DNA from: Octopus bimaculoides
Lineage: Eukaryota
NCBI RefSeq assembly: GCF_001194135.2
Contig: NC_068987.1
Location: forward strand, 76,662,896 to 76,726,895
Length of the DNA: 64,000 nt
Reading direction: 5' to 3'
A program made the position numbers and the translations under genes. Positions 25,501-37,429 of the stretch are shown here, in pieces (within the stretch, counting starts at the first letter, position 1; each line of letters starts with the position of its first letter). The notes under the pieces are model-generated. The model was not told where the DNA came from. It searched no databases and saw only the letters and a list, made by a program, of their open reading frames with translations.

Positions 25501-26314
25501 NNNNNNNNNNNNNNNNNNNNNNNNNNNNNNNNNNNNNNNNNNNNNNNNNNNNNNNNNNNNNNNNNNNNNNNNNNNNNNNNNNNNNNNNNNNNNNNNNNNN
25601 NNNNNNNNNNNNNNNNNNNNNNNNNNNNNNNNNNNNNNNNNNNNNNNNNNNNNNNNNNNNNNNNNNNNNNNNNNNNNNNNNNNNNNNNNNNNNNNNNNNN
25701 NNNNNNNNNNNNNNNNNNNNNNNNNNNNNNNNNNNNNNNNNNNNNNNNNNNNNNNNNNNNNNNNNNNNNNNNNNNNNNNNNNNNNNNNNNNNNNNNNNNN
25801 NNNNNNNNNNNNNNNNNNNNNNNNNNNNNNNNNNNNNNNNNNNNNNNNNNNNNNNNNNNNNNNNNNNNNNNNNNNNNNNNNNNNNNNNNNNNNNNNNNNN
25901 NNNNNNNNNNNNNNNNNNNNNNNNNNNNNNNNNNNNNNNNNNNNNNNNNNNNNNNNNNNNNNNNNNNNNNNNNNNNNNNNNNNNNNNNNNNNNNNNNNNN
26001 NNNNNNNNNNNNNNNNNNNNNNNNNNNNNNNNNNNNNNNNNNNNNNNNNNNNNNNNNNNNNNNNNNNNNNNNNNNNNNNNNNNNNNNNNNNNNNNNNNNN
26101 NNNNNNNNNNNNNNNNNNNNNNNNNNNNNNNNNNNNNNNNNNNNNNNNNNNNNNNNNNNNNNNNNNNNNNNNNNNNNNNNNNNNNNNNNNNNNNNNNNNN
26201 NNNNNNNNNNNNNNNNNNNNNNNNNNNNNNNNNNNNNNNNNNNNNNNNNNNNNNNNNNNNNNNNNNNNNNNNNNNNNNNNNNNNNNNNNNNNNNNNNNNN
26301 NNNNNNNNNNNNNN

Positions 26315-26356
<42 letters not shown>

Positions 26357-27287
26357 GCATGTATATGTGTATTTTTGTGTTATTGCATGTGTATGTATAT
26401 ATGTTTATGTATGCATATGCTTGTGTTAGATTGGATTAGGCAATCTATTAGGAGGCTTATATCATTGCACATATTGTTGAAGAGAGTGTAATTGTATATC
26501 TATCTATCCATGTATACACTCTAGTTTTTCAATGTCTTTTCTATCCCTATGAGTTTGACTGTGTTTTTGCAGTATTTTTTAAACAGTGTATTTTCAAGGT
26601 TGTTGCTCTATGTATCTGATAGTATGATGCGATATAATACAACCAGTGTATGTATGGGAACTTCTTTGGACTCTGTTTCAAGATAATTTTGTTTTGTTAT
26701 TACTGTTGCATTTGATCTTATTGTTTCTTTGATCTGTTGTTCTGGTGTTATTATTATTATTATTATTATTACTACTAGATCTTTTGTTAGATCCTTATTG
26801 TTGTTGCTCCCCTTTTGATCAGTGTAAACCTCCCGCTGTTTTGTGAGTTATATTTCATTCTTTGATCTTGTCCTCAATGTCATAGTGACCAATTACAGAA
26901 TTATTATTATTATTATTATTATAATTACAACTATTATTATTACAACTATTATTATTATTATTATTATTATTATTACTACTACTAGTTCTACTATTATTAT
27001 TATCATTATTATTATTAATATTATTATTCAGTAGTTCTGATGAAAAGGGAATGAGAGAGCAAGAGAGAGAGAGAGACAGAGAGAGAAGCATCAAGAATGC
27101 CCTATGCACATGCCCATAGAGCACAGATGGAAGTGAGCATTTGCCCATGAGGTTTTAATTAATATTGAAATTTGTAAGATTTTTCAACTGGCCCTAGGTG
27201 GCTGTTTTTGTTCTAATGCGTTTCACTTTGTTCCTTTTGTAGACAACTGGTTTCTCATGGAACAACTGTTTCGTAATACCTCCTTAA

Positions 27288-27507
27288 CCCTTTAGTGCTT
27301 AAACCGGCCATATCTGGCCAAAATATTCTACCTGTTTTATGTTCAAACTAGTCAGATATGGTCATTCATAGCTATCTTATTGTGTCATTTTAAAAATAAA
27401 CAATCACATAATTGAAATCTCAAAGCCATGAAATGATGCAAGATTAATTTTACATGGTGTGAATACATAAGCTTTACATTTGACAGAATAATCTGTATGC
27501 TAAAGGG
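27288..27507. mobile_element. piggyBac-like MITE
   Basis: TTAA|CCCTTTAG ... CTAAAGGG|TTAA: 8-bp TIR with TTAA TSD at 27284-27287 and 27508-27511. Confidence 0.8.
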
Positions 27508-27573
27508 TTAATTCACCACTTTCATGACAAATCAAGAAATAGCTACTATCATTATCATTATTATTATTATTAT

Positions 27574-27900
27574 CGAGTGAAAGAGCAGTGCATGCCATCA
27601 AAGTGACACGGGTAAATTATACAAAGCCCAGTATACCCATCTGACAAGGGTACACCAGGCACATGCATCACAACCATATGTGCATGATATGGTGATCTCA
27701 TATCAAAATAAACAGCACATGACATTGCAGGTGGGGACCCAGTTAGAATTTTTTCAGGCTGAATAGCTCATCCCACTCAAAACGTCCCTGAATAAGGATT
27801 GTTTAAGGATGTTGAATGAAACACCCATGTTTCGAAAGGTGAATTATTCAAACCCCAAAGAATTCCTCTTGACACATGGCTATAATGCTCTTCCAAACAC

Positions 27901-27901
<1 letters not shown>
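27574..27901 (-). mobile_element. Non-coding retroposon-like insert inside an (ATT)n microsatellite
   Basis: Unique 328-bp block flanked on both sides by (ATT)n. Confidence 0.55.
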
Positions 27902-27939
<38 letters not shown>

Positions 27940-28859
27940 CATCGTTATTGTTATCATTATTGTTATAATGTTATTGCTTTTGCTAATGTTATTACAATTG
28001 TTATTAGTGATGTTGTTTCTGCTGTAGTTGTGATCACTGCTGTCTATGTTGTTGTTCTTGTTGCTACTGTTAAAGTCATAAATATTATTGGAAATGATGT
28101 TGTTGTTACTGGCACTATTTAGCCCGAGGTCAACACTGGTCAAGAAGACCTATGATCAATAGCATTCTAGTCTTGCTAACCTAATGTATCTGATGTATCT
28201 GGGATCATGTTATCTAAATATGTCTTTTTCTTTTTTCTTTGAAAAAAAGCAGAGTTTTTTGACTTGAGGGAAATTTGGCTGTTATTTCAGCAGCTCAAGC
28301 AACCACAAGCGAAACTTTGCTTGCACCCACATTTCAAAACACCTCAAAAAGAAAAAAAAAAAAGAAAGGAAAGAAATATTTTAAAAAAATAAAATTATTC
28401 AGAAGGCTTTGGTTAACTCAAGGCTATTCAAGAAGACACTTGCTCAAGGTGCCATGTAGTAGGGCTGAACCTGAAACTGTGTGGTTAAAAAGTGAACTTC
28501 TTAACCACACAGCTATGCTTGTACCTATGTGCTTAAAACTTTTTAAAAAACAATTCATTAAACCTTAAAACCCAGACTAATTTAACATAAGTTTCTTTCA
28601 ACATTCCCATAAAGGCATTTAAATCATTATCACTGTCTAATTAATTAATGCTTCTTAACATTTTGATTAATGTTCCTTAGTGTCATGTTAATGTATGCAT
28701 AACCTATGAATTTGCATAATCAAAGATTCATTATTTCTCTTGACATTGATGTACTCCAACCAGTTTGAATACACTCACAATTTGATCCTGGCACTAAGAA
28801 AAAGATTCTCCACCCTGGTACAGATGTTCCAGCTGATGCTGTTTCTCACATTCTTATAT

Positions 28860-29560
28860 TATTGCTGTTTTGCTCATTATAATGTTGTTATTGTCGTCAC
28901 TATTCCTGATGTTCTTGTTGGTGTTGTTGCTGCTGCTTGCTAATGTTGAGCTTACTCTTGTTGCTGTTGTGATTGTCATCATGGGTTTCTGTCATTGCAG
29001 ATAATGCACGTTTCAAAAGTTGTCATCCTTTCTTATTTGCTATTAGTGCTGTTGTTGTTACTGTTGCAGATGTTGTTACTGCTGCTGCTGCTGTTGGTGT
29101 TATTGTAGTTGTTGTTGTGGTTACTGTTGTTGTTGTATAACCCCAGGTCAGCCCTGATCAGACAGTCATGTCACCAAATGGCATCAAAACCATGGCCATC
29201 AGCAACTGTGTAACTTGGACTCTATGATCCAATGTGTCCTTTTTTTAAGATGGTAGGGTTTGATTTGAGGAAGATTTGACTTCTAATTCTTGCAGGTTCC
29301 TTCACTGGCTTTTGGTACATTTATGTTGCTGTGGCTTTTAGCATTGGGTATTGCAATCTGGTGATCACCGTTGATGTTGTTGTTGTTGTTTTATTACTGC
29401 TGCTGTTTGTGCTGTTGCTGTTTCTGATCTTGCTGCTGCTGTTACTTCTGTTATAGTTGATGCTGCTGTTTTTGTTGCTGCTGCTGTTGTTTTGTTTGAT
29501 GTTGTTGCTGATATTGCTGCTGTTGCAGAGGTGGTTACCACATCAACAGTCTGACCATCT
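28860..29560. repeat. Degenerate (GTT)n/(GCT)n tracts with an embedded repeat fragment
   Basis: Direct reading. Confidence 0.8.
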
Positions 29561-29653
29561 AATTTACTGCTGTCTTCACAAAGGTTAGATTTCTTAGGCA
29601 ATTTCTAAAAAAAAAAAAAAATAAATAACAATAATAATAATAATAATAATAAT

Positions 29654-29889
29654 GGTCGATTAGGTATGATAAGAAAATATTCAGACAAATACATAACAAA
29701 AACACCAGGACTTACAAATATATACAACATACAGAAAATTGCACTACTGGGCACTGCACACATCCTACGCAAAACACTTTCAATACAGTAACCATAAGAG
29801 CATCACAGCAAACCACAGCACATACCCAAGGCGCACAGAGCTGCGCTCGGTAGTGAAGTGAAAGCATGCTATAAAAATAAAACTACTGA
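29654..29889 (+). mobile_element. 5'-truncated R4/Dong-clade LINE inserted in (TAA)n
   Basis: 29660-29791 reads LGMIRKYSDKYITKTPGLTNIYNIQKIALLGTAHILRKTLSIQ*, matching the R4-clade C-terminal QKxxLLGTAxILRK motif; (AAT)n on both flanks. Confidence 0.8.
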
Positions 29890-29944
29890 ATAATAATAAT
29901 AATGATAATAATAATAATAATAAAACAACAATAATAATCCTGGT

Positions 29945-30120
29945 GGGAGGGGACTAGTCGATTACCCCAGCACTTGACTAATACTTATTTAAACGATCCT
30001 GGAAGGATGAAAGGCAAAGTCAACCTCGGTAGAATTTGAACTCAGAACATAAAGACAGATGAAATAATGCCAAATATTTTATCTGGCTTGTCAATGATTC
30101 TTCCAGCTCACCACCTTAAT
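29945..30120 (-). mobile_element. SINE type C
   Basis: GGATGAAAGGCAAAGTCAACCTCGGTAGAATTTGAACTCAG on the plus strand. Confidence 0.7.
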
Positions 30121-30319
30121 TACTAGAAAAGCACTTGGAGAGCGCAGACCACCACCAAGCAGCTCATTTTAAGATAGATACGCGAGTAAAATAACTAATA
30201 GAGAAATGAAAATAAACTTTGGAAACAGCAACGCCACCATAGGTTACGTGGAAACGATGAACGTGTTTTCAAGGGAGATTATCAAAGAACGTAACATTAT
30301 GAGGATGATGCACTTGATG

Positions 30320-30555
30320 GTACATAGGGGCACTTGACTTGATGGGTCTTCTTAAGTAGATCACATCGTCAGAAGTCTCAGTCATTAATCATTGCTTCTG
30401 TGAGGTTCAAAGTTTGATGATCATGCTTCACCACCTCATCCCATATTTTCCTGGGTCTACCTCTACCACAGGTTCCCTCCAAAATTAGAGATCAGCACTT
30501 CTTTACACAGCTGTTTGCGTCCATATGCATCACATAACCATACCAGCACAGTCAA
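30320..30555 (-). mobile_element. RTE-clade LINE 3' fragment
   Basis: LCWYGYVMHMDANSCVKKC*SLILEGTCGRGRPRKIWDEVVK. Confidence 0.8.
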
Positions 30556-30697
30556 ATCATTATCTAATAAGCTGACCTGCCATCTTTTTCATTCCAAGTT
30601 GAAGGAGACAGCTGTAACTTATTTTATTGATCCTGAAAGGAAGAAAGATAAAACTGACCTACAAAACACTGCTTCTCACAACTAACTAGTTTGCAGG

Positions 30698-31500
30698 ATG
30701 CAGTCAGGATGTGAAGACAATTTGGAAGCTAGATTTACAATAAAGTTTTATGTTAAACTGGGAAAAAATGCTACTGAAGTTTATGAAATGCTCCAGACTG
30801 CTTATGGATTAACTTGTGTGAACCAGGCATCTTTTTTTCACTGGTGCAAGAGGCCAAGTAAAGCAAGTCCACTGGGCAGTACATGATGATCCTCTTCTTT
30901 GACAGCAATGGCATCATTTAAATTCACTGGTTTCCCTCAGGCCAGACAGTCAACAAAGAAACTGTAGAGATAAACTTAGCAATTGATTTAATAGCACTGC
31001 TAACACAGTAGAACACAGTATTGACTTATAAAAGCATTTAATATACTTGGTAGTATATTGTGGTTGCATAATGAAATACAGTATCCCTACAAATCATTAA
31101 TAGTAACAAAGAGTACTTTGTGGAGGTTTGGATGGAATTCAGAAAGAGATTCCCTCACAAAAGGCCAGAGAACCTGCACCAGAACAATGCACCAATCCAC
31201 AGTTCCGTCCTGATGACCAACTACTTGATAGAGATAGGCATCAAAACTGTCCCTCACCCCCACCTACAGTCCTTGTGATTTTTGATTGTTCCTCAAGCTG
31301 AAGGAGATGATGGAGGCTGTGACAAGGGTCTCGGACACCTTCATTTTGGAGGACTTCCAGTGGGCCTTCACGAAGAGGCTAGAGTTCCATAGCAAGAGCA
31401 TTGATGGTAAAGGATTGAAGGAGGTTAAAGTTTTGTACTTCTTTGAAATTAATAAATGTCTCTCCTGAGAATGTTTCAAAACTTCTGGAATGCACCTTGC
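30698..31500 (+). mobile_element. Decayed mariner transposase with internal deletions and a 145-bp insertion
   Basis: RFTIKFYVKLGKNATEVYEMLQTAYG (N-terminal HTH), MMILFFDSNGII*IHWFPSGQTVNK, EYFVEV..LHQNNAPIHSS..IKTVPHP (DD34D region). Confidence 0.8.
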
Positions 31501-32144
31501 ATGTGCAGGTATATTAATATTTTAAATGAACACCTTAAGGTTACATATTTGAAAAGAAGGGTATAGTTAATTAAATTGATATCTGTATATGCTGAAAGTT
31601 AATCATTATATGAATACTGATGTGATTACAGGAAAAGCAGGCTTTTAACATGATTCAGATTTAGAATACAGAGAAATGGAACTAAATTATTGAAGGCGTT
31701 TAAACTAGAGGTCTATCATTCCCCTATTCATCAAGCAACTTATAAATTCAACCACATTTCCAACTTCACTTCCATAAATTTCACAATGTATTTTAAATAA
31801 ATTGCTAATATCTGAATATATTTCTTTAAACAATATATTCACTGCCTGGAGGAGCAAATATATCAACAGAGCTAGATTAAATACAGATTATTATTGAAAA
31901 AAAAAGATATATGTATATTTAACAGAGATTAAATATAGATAATTAAGTATAGTATAAAAATAAATGAACTAAAAATGATTAAATATTGAATAAATATAGA
32001 TGATTAAATCTAAATTAAATATAAATGACAAAATATATCAACTTGAGCTCAAAGCAGAAAAATAAATTAAAAGTAAATGTCTTCTAAATCCCAAGAAACT
32101 TTTATGAGATACCTCACTGAGTTCTAATTTCTTCGTATTAATCT

Positions 32145-32375
32145 GGCCTGAGGCAGTGAGTTAGCAGAACCATTAACACAGCAGACGAAATACTAAGTAG
32201 CATTTCTTCTGGTTCATTAGACACTAAGTTCAAATTCTGGTGTGGTCAACTTTACTCTTCATACTTCAGAGGTTGATAAAAATCAAGTACCAGTCAAATA
32301 CTAGGGTCTATGTAATCAAATCGCCCCTCCCCTCAAGATTATTGGCCTTGTACCAAAATTAGAAAGAAGGCAGCA
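32145..32375 (+). mobile_element. SINE type C
   Basis: GAGTTAGCAGAACC..AAGTTCAAATTC..CAAGTACCAGTC..GGCCTTGTACC. Confidence 0.65.
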
Positions 32376-32855
32376 AGCTAGTACAATCATTGACTTTTAC
32401 TTGTTTCAGCCATTTGATTGTGGCCATGCTGGGGCACTGCCTTGCAGGGTTTTTGTCGAACAAATCAACCCCAGGACTTATATGTTTTTTAAAGTCTAGT
32501 ATTTATTCTATCAGCCCTTTTTTTTGGGCCAAATTGCTGAGTTATGGGGACATAAACACACCTACACCAATTGTCAATTGGTGCCATCAAATTTCATCTA
32601 TATGGCTTTGGTGGATATGTGTTTGTAGGAGAAAACACTTGTTCTGTGCTGTATAATGAAATTGAAACAGGAACTACAAGGTTCAAATCAAACTTTTTAA
32701 ACATATAGCTATGCATAGATTCATGTTGTTAATAATGCTATTCTTACATTAAATTTCACAGACATTGTTGAGAAATCGTTATCACATGATCATATAGACT
32801 AAAATACACTCCAATCTGAAAAATATTAAAAAATAGATAACCTTAAATATCTCAC

Positions 32856-33167
32856 CTTGAATGGAACCATTTCCGTCTTGGTCAACTGGTATCAGTAACT
32901 CATCGTTTCCTCTCCGGTTGCACCATGTGATATTGCAGCGACAGAAAGCTCGCTGGAAGATGAGACCGTAGAAACTGCTAAAGCCAAGGAGAATGAGAAT
33001 CAAGCCAAAAGGTGTATACCAAAGGTCATGTCTCCAGTGTGCTGGAACCATAGCAATCCAAATAAATACGACGCATAGGCATTCGAATATTATGCGTGTG
33101 GTGGCGTTCCAATGTTTTGTTAGAGTCACTCCTGCGAATCGGAATGCTGCGAAACTGATCATTGTCC
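32856..33167 (-). CDS. SLC35F6: SLC35F6-like (nucleotide-sugar transporter/DMT family) coding exon
   Basis: Acceptor TTCTATTATATAG|GG, donor CAAG|GTGAGA; 312 nt, phase 1-1; GTMISFAAFRFAGVTLTKHWNATTRIIFECLCVVFIW..PFGLILILLGFSSFYG resembles the recalled SLC35F6 segment SIAFFNFAGISVTKELSATTRMVLDSLRTVVIW..GFLILLIGTALYN; in frame with the 53326 exon. Confidence 0.85.
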
Positions 33168-33234
33168 CTATATAATAGAAGAAAAATAGATAAATAAATA
33201 TATGAATAAATAAGAAAATAAATAAATAAATGTT

Positions 33235-33460
33235 ATTCTTTTATTTGCTTCAGTCATTTGACTGCGGCCATGCTGGAGCACCGCCTTTAGTCGAGCAAAT
33301 CAACCCCAGGACTTATTCTTTGTAAGCCTAGTACTTATTCTATTGGTCTCTTTTGCCGAACCGCTAAGGTATGGGGACGTAAACACACCTGTATCGGTTG
33401 TCAAGCGATGTTGGGGGGACAAACACAAACACACAAACATACACACACACACACACACAT
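33235..33460 (-). mobile_element. SINE type A, tail half, ~70 bp from the splice acceptor
   Basis: Ends at the central (CA)n. Confidence 0.8.
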
Positions 33461-33759
33461 ATATTTCCTCTACCTTCCTAAAACTATATAAAAATAGAAA
33501 TAAGAACAAAAATAATAGTATTAATAGTGGTAATAATGGTATTAATGGTGATAGTAATGGTAATGATAGAAATAAAAATTAAAATAAAAAGACAAAAATA
33601 TTGATATTAAAAAAATAATAAAAATATGGATACAATGGTAGTATTTATTTTTTATTTATTTTTCATCATGGCTTACATTGGATTTGAAACCTAATAGTTT
33701 TTAGTTACCAAACCTGCCTGACTATTCTAAAGGGTATACTAAAAATTAGATTTTTTTTC

Positions 33760-34260
33760 TTTTTTTTTTTTTTGGTCTAGTCCATATTATTATTTATTTA
33801 AGCTTGCTCTCATAATTATAATTTTTTTGATTGGTGACTTCGATGATGTCTGTGTGTCGTTTATTTACCCTGAAGAAGGGGTTATCACCAATTTGTGTTC
33901 TATTGTGCCCTAAATACGGTGATATACCCCCGAAATGGCCATAGGTGTTCTGTGTTTGTATTCCACCTATACTTGTAATCCACTGTAAATGATGTTTATG
34001 GTTTGATTTTACTGATGTTACCTGCCGAATGGTGAAATATGGATTTTACTTTGCCACACTTTGGATGTTTTGTTGTTGTTTTGTCCCGTGCGCTCTGGTA
34101 TTCCTGTTTATGAAATTGGATTTTACCTACTAAATTGGCTGTCATGAGGCAGGTAGTTGAACTTTCGTACTATTTATCTTGAACTTCTTTTATTGGCTAT
34201 TGGCCTCAGCGAATGAACTGTTGTGCTACGTCTCCCTATTATTTTGTTCTCTATATTTTT
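33760..34260 (+). mobile_element. Penelope-like terminal-repeat-type segment bearing a hammerhead
   Basis: CpG-richer unique block containing the canonical hammerhead at 33867; PLE assignment inferred from ribozyme architecture. Confidence 0.45.
33867..33946 (+). ncRNA. Type I hammerhead ribozyme, canonical core
   Basis: ACC-CUGAAGA-A-GGGGUUAUCACC..GGUGAUAUACCCCC-GAAA-UGGCCA-UA-GGU; long stem II; palindromic stem III AUGGCCAU. Confidence 0.75.
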
Positions 34261-34879
34261 TCTATATATATATATATATATTTTTATTCTACTGTATTTG
34301 TACCGGTCTCTAATATTTTTAATCAACTTTTAATCGCAGTTTATTTATTTATTTATATTATTCTATTGTATTTTTAATCGATTTTTATTCTTATGTATAA
34401 AAATTTTAACTTCCCTTTACTNNNNNNNNNNNNNNNNNNNNNNNNNNNNNNNNNNNNNNNNNNNNNNNNNNNNNNNNNNNNNNNNNNNNNNNNNNNNNNN
34501 NNNNNNNNNNNNNNNNNNNNNNNNNNNNNNNNNNNNNNNNNNNNNNNNNNNNNNNNNNNNNNNNNNNNNNNNNNNNNNNNNNNNNNNNNNNNNNNNNNNN
34601 NNNNNNNNNNNNNNNNNNNNNNNNNNNNNNNNNNNNNNNNNNNNNNNNNNNNNNNNNNNNNNNNNNNNNNNNNNNNNNNNNNNNNNNNAAATGGATGGCG
34701 ATATTTATGGCACACATGAAGCAACTCAATGCTAATCCCTGTATATTTATGATGATAAATGGTTTTACCGATAAAGGTTTTTTCATACTGAACTACTTGG
34801 CAAAATTGTTAATTATTAATTCTATTATTAATTGACGATTCCCTGCCCTTATTCTTGTATATATATATATATATATATA

Positions 34880-35349
34880 TACAATGGGCTTCTTTCAGTT
34901 TCCGTCTAGCAAATCCACTCACAAGGCTTTGGTCGACCCGAGGCTATAGTAGAAGACACTTGCTCAAGGTGCCATGCAGTGGGACTGAACATGGAACCAT
35001 GTGGTTGGTAAGCAAGCTACTTTATTTCATTTCAGTTTGCCACAAGGGCAGCTGCGGGCTGGACAAGCACATTAATAAGATGAGATGAATGATGAATATG
35101 ATATCAATGAGAGAAGACAGATGCCGCCTGCCGAACTCTGCTTCTCTAAATCATTGTTCTTTTATAAATTACACAAATTTACAAATTGAGGCTATAAACC
35201 TCTTACTTTACAATTTCATTATGTCTTTGAACTGAGGCACTTGCCTCTTACACTTTTCTTTTTCATGGCCACAAGCCCTTTCAATATGAGGCACTCATCC
35301 TCTTATATTTTACTGCAAGCTACTTACCACACAGCCACTCCTGCGCCTA
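34880..35349 (-). mobile_element. SINE type A head half, split by an insertion
   Basis: Head resumes at 35326 ACCACACAGCCACTCCTGCGCCTA. Confidence 0.85.
35023..35314 (-). mobile_element. 292-bp 5'-truncated non-LTR 3'-end-like insertion with 11-bp TSD
   Basis: GCAAGCTACTT at 35012-35022 and 35315-35325. Confidence 0.8.
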
Positions 35350-35824
35350 ATGTTAATAATGTTTTAAAATTTAAGCACAAGGCAAGCACGTTCAAGGGAG
35401 ATATAAATGGATTTCATCAACTCTTGTGCTTAAATGGTTCTCATCTTATTGACCTTACAAGGCTTGATGTAATTTAAACTCAGAATGTAAAGACATACAA
35501 AATGCCACTGAGCATTTCACCTGGCATACTAACAATTCTACCAGCTCACCACCTTAAATGATGTTAATAACAACAGGCTTTTTTTGACGAGTGTTAACAG
35601 GTTTACAAATAGATGGGAAGAGGTAGAATAAGAATTCATTAATTATTTAAAGTAATGTTTTTATCAGTCTAACATTTTGACTGTAGCCACATAACATTAC
35701 AGATTTATGGATGTAGAAAGTCATAGAAATTGTTTAAGTGTCAGAAGGCTAGAAAGTGATGACAGGTGAAGTAAGAGCTCATTCAATAAATCATCATTAA
35801 ATTTTAATCCCAGTAGCTACATAA

Positions 35825-36110
35825 TGTGAACGCATGAGACCTAGTGATTAGGGTGTTGCACTCATGATCCCTAGATTGTGTTTTCAATTCCTGGACCAGT
35901 TGGTGAGATGGGTCTTTGAGCAAAACACTTCATTTCACATTGCTCCAGTCCACTCAGCTGTATATTTCTTCCAGTGATAGCAGGGAAGTTAATTTTGCAA
36001 TGGACTGGTATACCATCCAGTAGGGTGGGGTAGTGTAATCTCAGTCACCTACACACCATGGAAACTGAGTTAAGTTCTGGCCTCATGAGTTTGGGGTCTT
36101 AAAACAGACC
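35825..36110 (+). mobile_element. SINE type D, degenerate
   Basis: CCTAGTGATTAGGGTGTTGCACTCATG..TCTTTGAGCAAAACACTTCATTTCAC. Confidence 0.6.
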
Positions 36111-36284
36111 TAAGCTACTTAATATTCAGAGATTCTTGGATGCTTTAGTTATTAGGGATTTTAAAAGAGTATTAAGAGTTGAAGTACATGGTTTAGTGAT
36201 TAGGATGTTCAACTCATGATCATACAATTGTGGTTTTGATCAAATAGCAGTGATTCTCGAATTGAAAGAAGCCTATTTTATGTC

Positions 36285-36640
36285 ATCATCATCATCGTTT
36301 AACGTCCGCTTTCCATGTTAGCATGGGTTGGACGATTTGACTGAGGACTGGCAAGCCAGAAGGCTGCACCAGGCTCCAATCTGATCTGGCAGAATTTCTA
36401 CGGCTGGATGACCTTCCTAACACCAACCACTCCAAGAATGTAGTGGGTGCTTTTACGTGCAACCGGCATGAGGGCTAGTCAGGCGGTACTGGCAACGACC
36501 ACACTCAAAAAAGTGTTTTTTACATGCCACCTGCACAGGAGCCAGTCCAGCAGCACTGGCAATGACCTCGATCGAATGATTTTCTAACGTGCCACCAGCA
36601 CAAGTGCTAGAAGGCAATGCTGGTAACGATTACGCTGTAA
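36285..36640 (-). mobile_element. SINE type B
   Basis: (ATC)n then TTTAACGTCCGCTTTCCATG on the plus strand. Confidence 0.8.
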
Positions 36641-36804
36641 TGGTGTTATATTATACCTATAAAGGTGCAGACTTGCTAGCCACTTTATTATTATCATTAT
36701 TATTATTAATAATGATAATGATACCTATTTAACTATCAGTTAAATATGGCTCACAATATGGTCGTTTTGAATGTTGTGGGGGCATTCAAATGTAAGAATG
36801 TAAC

Positions 36805-37207
36805 TCTTTTACTTGTGTCAGTCATTTGACTGCGGCCATGCTGAAGCACTGCCTTTAGTCGAGCAAGTCAACCCCAGGACTTATTCTTTGTAAGCCTAAA
36901 ACTTATTCCATTGGTCTCTTTTGCTGAACCGCTAAGTTACGAGGACATAAAGGCACCAGCATTGGTTGTCAAGCGATGTTGGGGTGACAAACACAGACAC
37001 AGAAACATATACACATGCATACATATATATATATATATACATATATACAATGGGCTTCTTTCAGTTTCCGTCTACCAAATCCACTCACAAAGCTTTGGTC
37101 AGACTGAGGCTATAGTAGAAGACACTTTCCCAAGGTGCCATGCAGTGGGAATGAGCCCGGAACCATGTGGTTGGTAGGCAAGCTACTTACCACACAGCCA
37201 CTCCTGT
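36805..37207 (-). mobile_element. SINE type A, full length
   Basis: Colinear with the 7536 copy. Confidence 0.85.
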
Positions 37208-37233
37208 GATGAATATTTCAGAAATAGTTGTTG

Positions 37234-37282
37234 TCTGGCTGACGAGCCTTTCATACAGAAAGTGAAATCAATTGATCCTGGA
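37234..37282 (+). ncRNA. Type I hammerhead ribozyme, canonical core
   Basis: UCUGG-CUGACGA-GC CUUUC AUACA GAAAG U-GAAA-UCAAUUGA-UC-CUGGA; 10-nt palindromic stem III AUCAAUUGAU; stem I 5 bp with two G.U. Confidence 0.75.
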
Positions 37283-37429
37283 ATATACGCATCCTTTACT
37301 TCTGTAGTTCATCCAAGGTAAGCCTATTGTTGTTATGTTTGTTGCATTTGCTGTGTGCATTTTAATAATGATGTTAGGGTGATAGCTCTTTATAGCAAGT
37401 AGTATTTTAATACCCTACTGAATTTTGTT

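Noticed and set aside
32782-32855. Read-through tail of ORF 32782-33162
   Set aside because: Follows a strong donor and is AT-rich intron-like sequence; treated as intron, though not excluded
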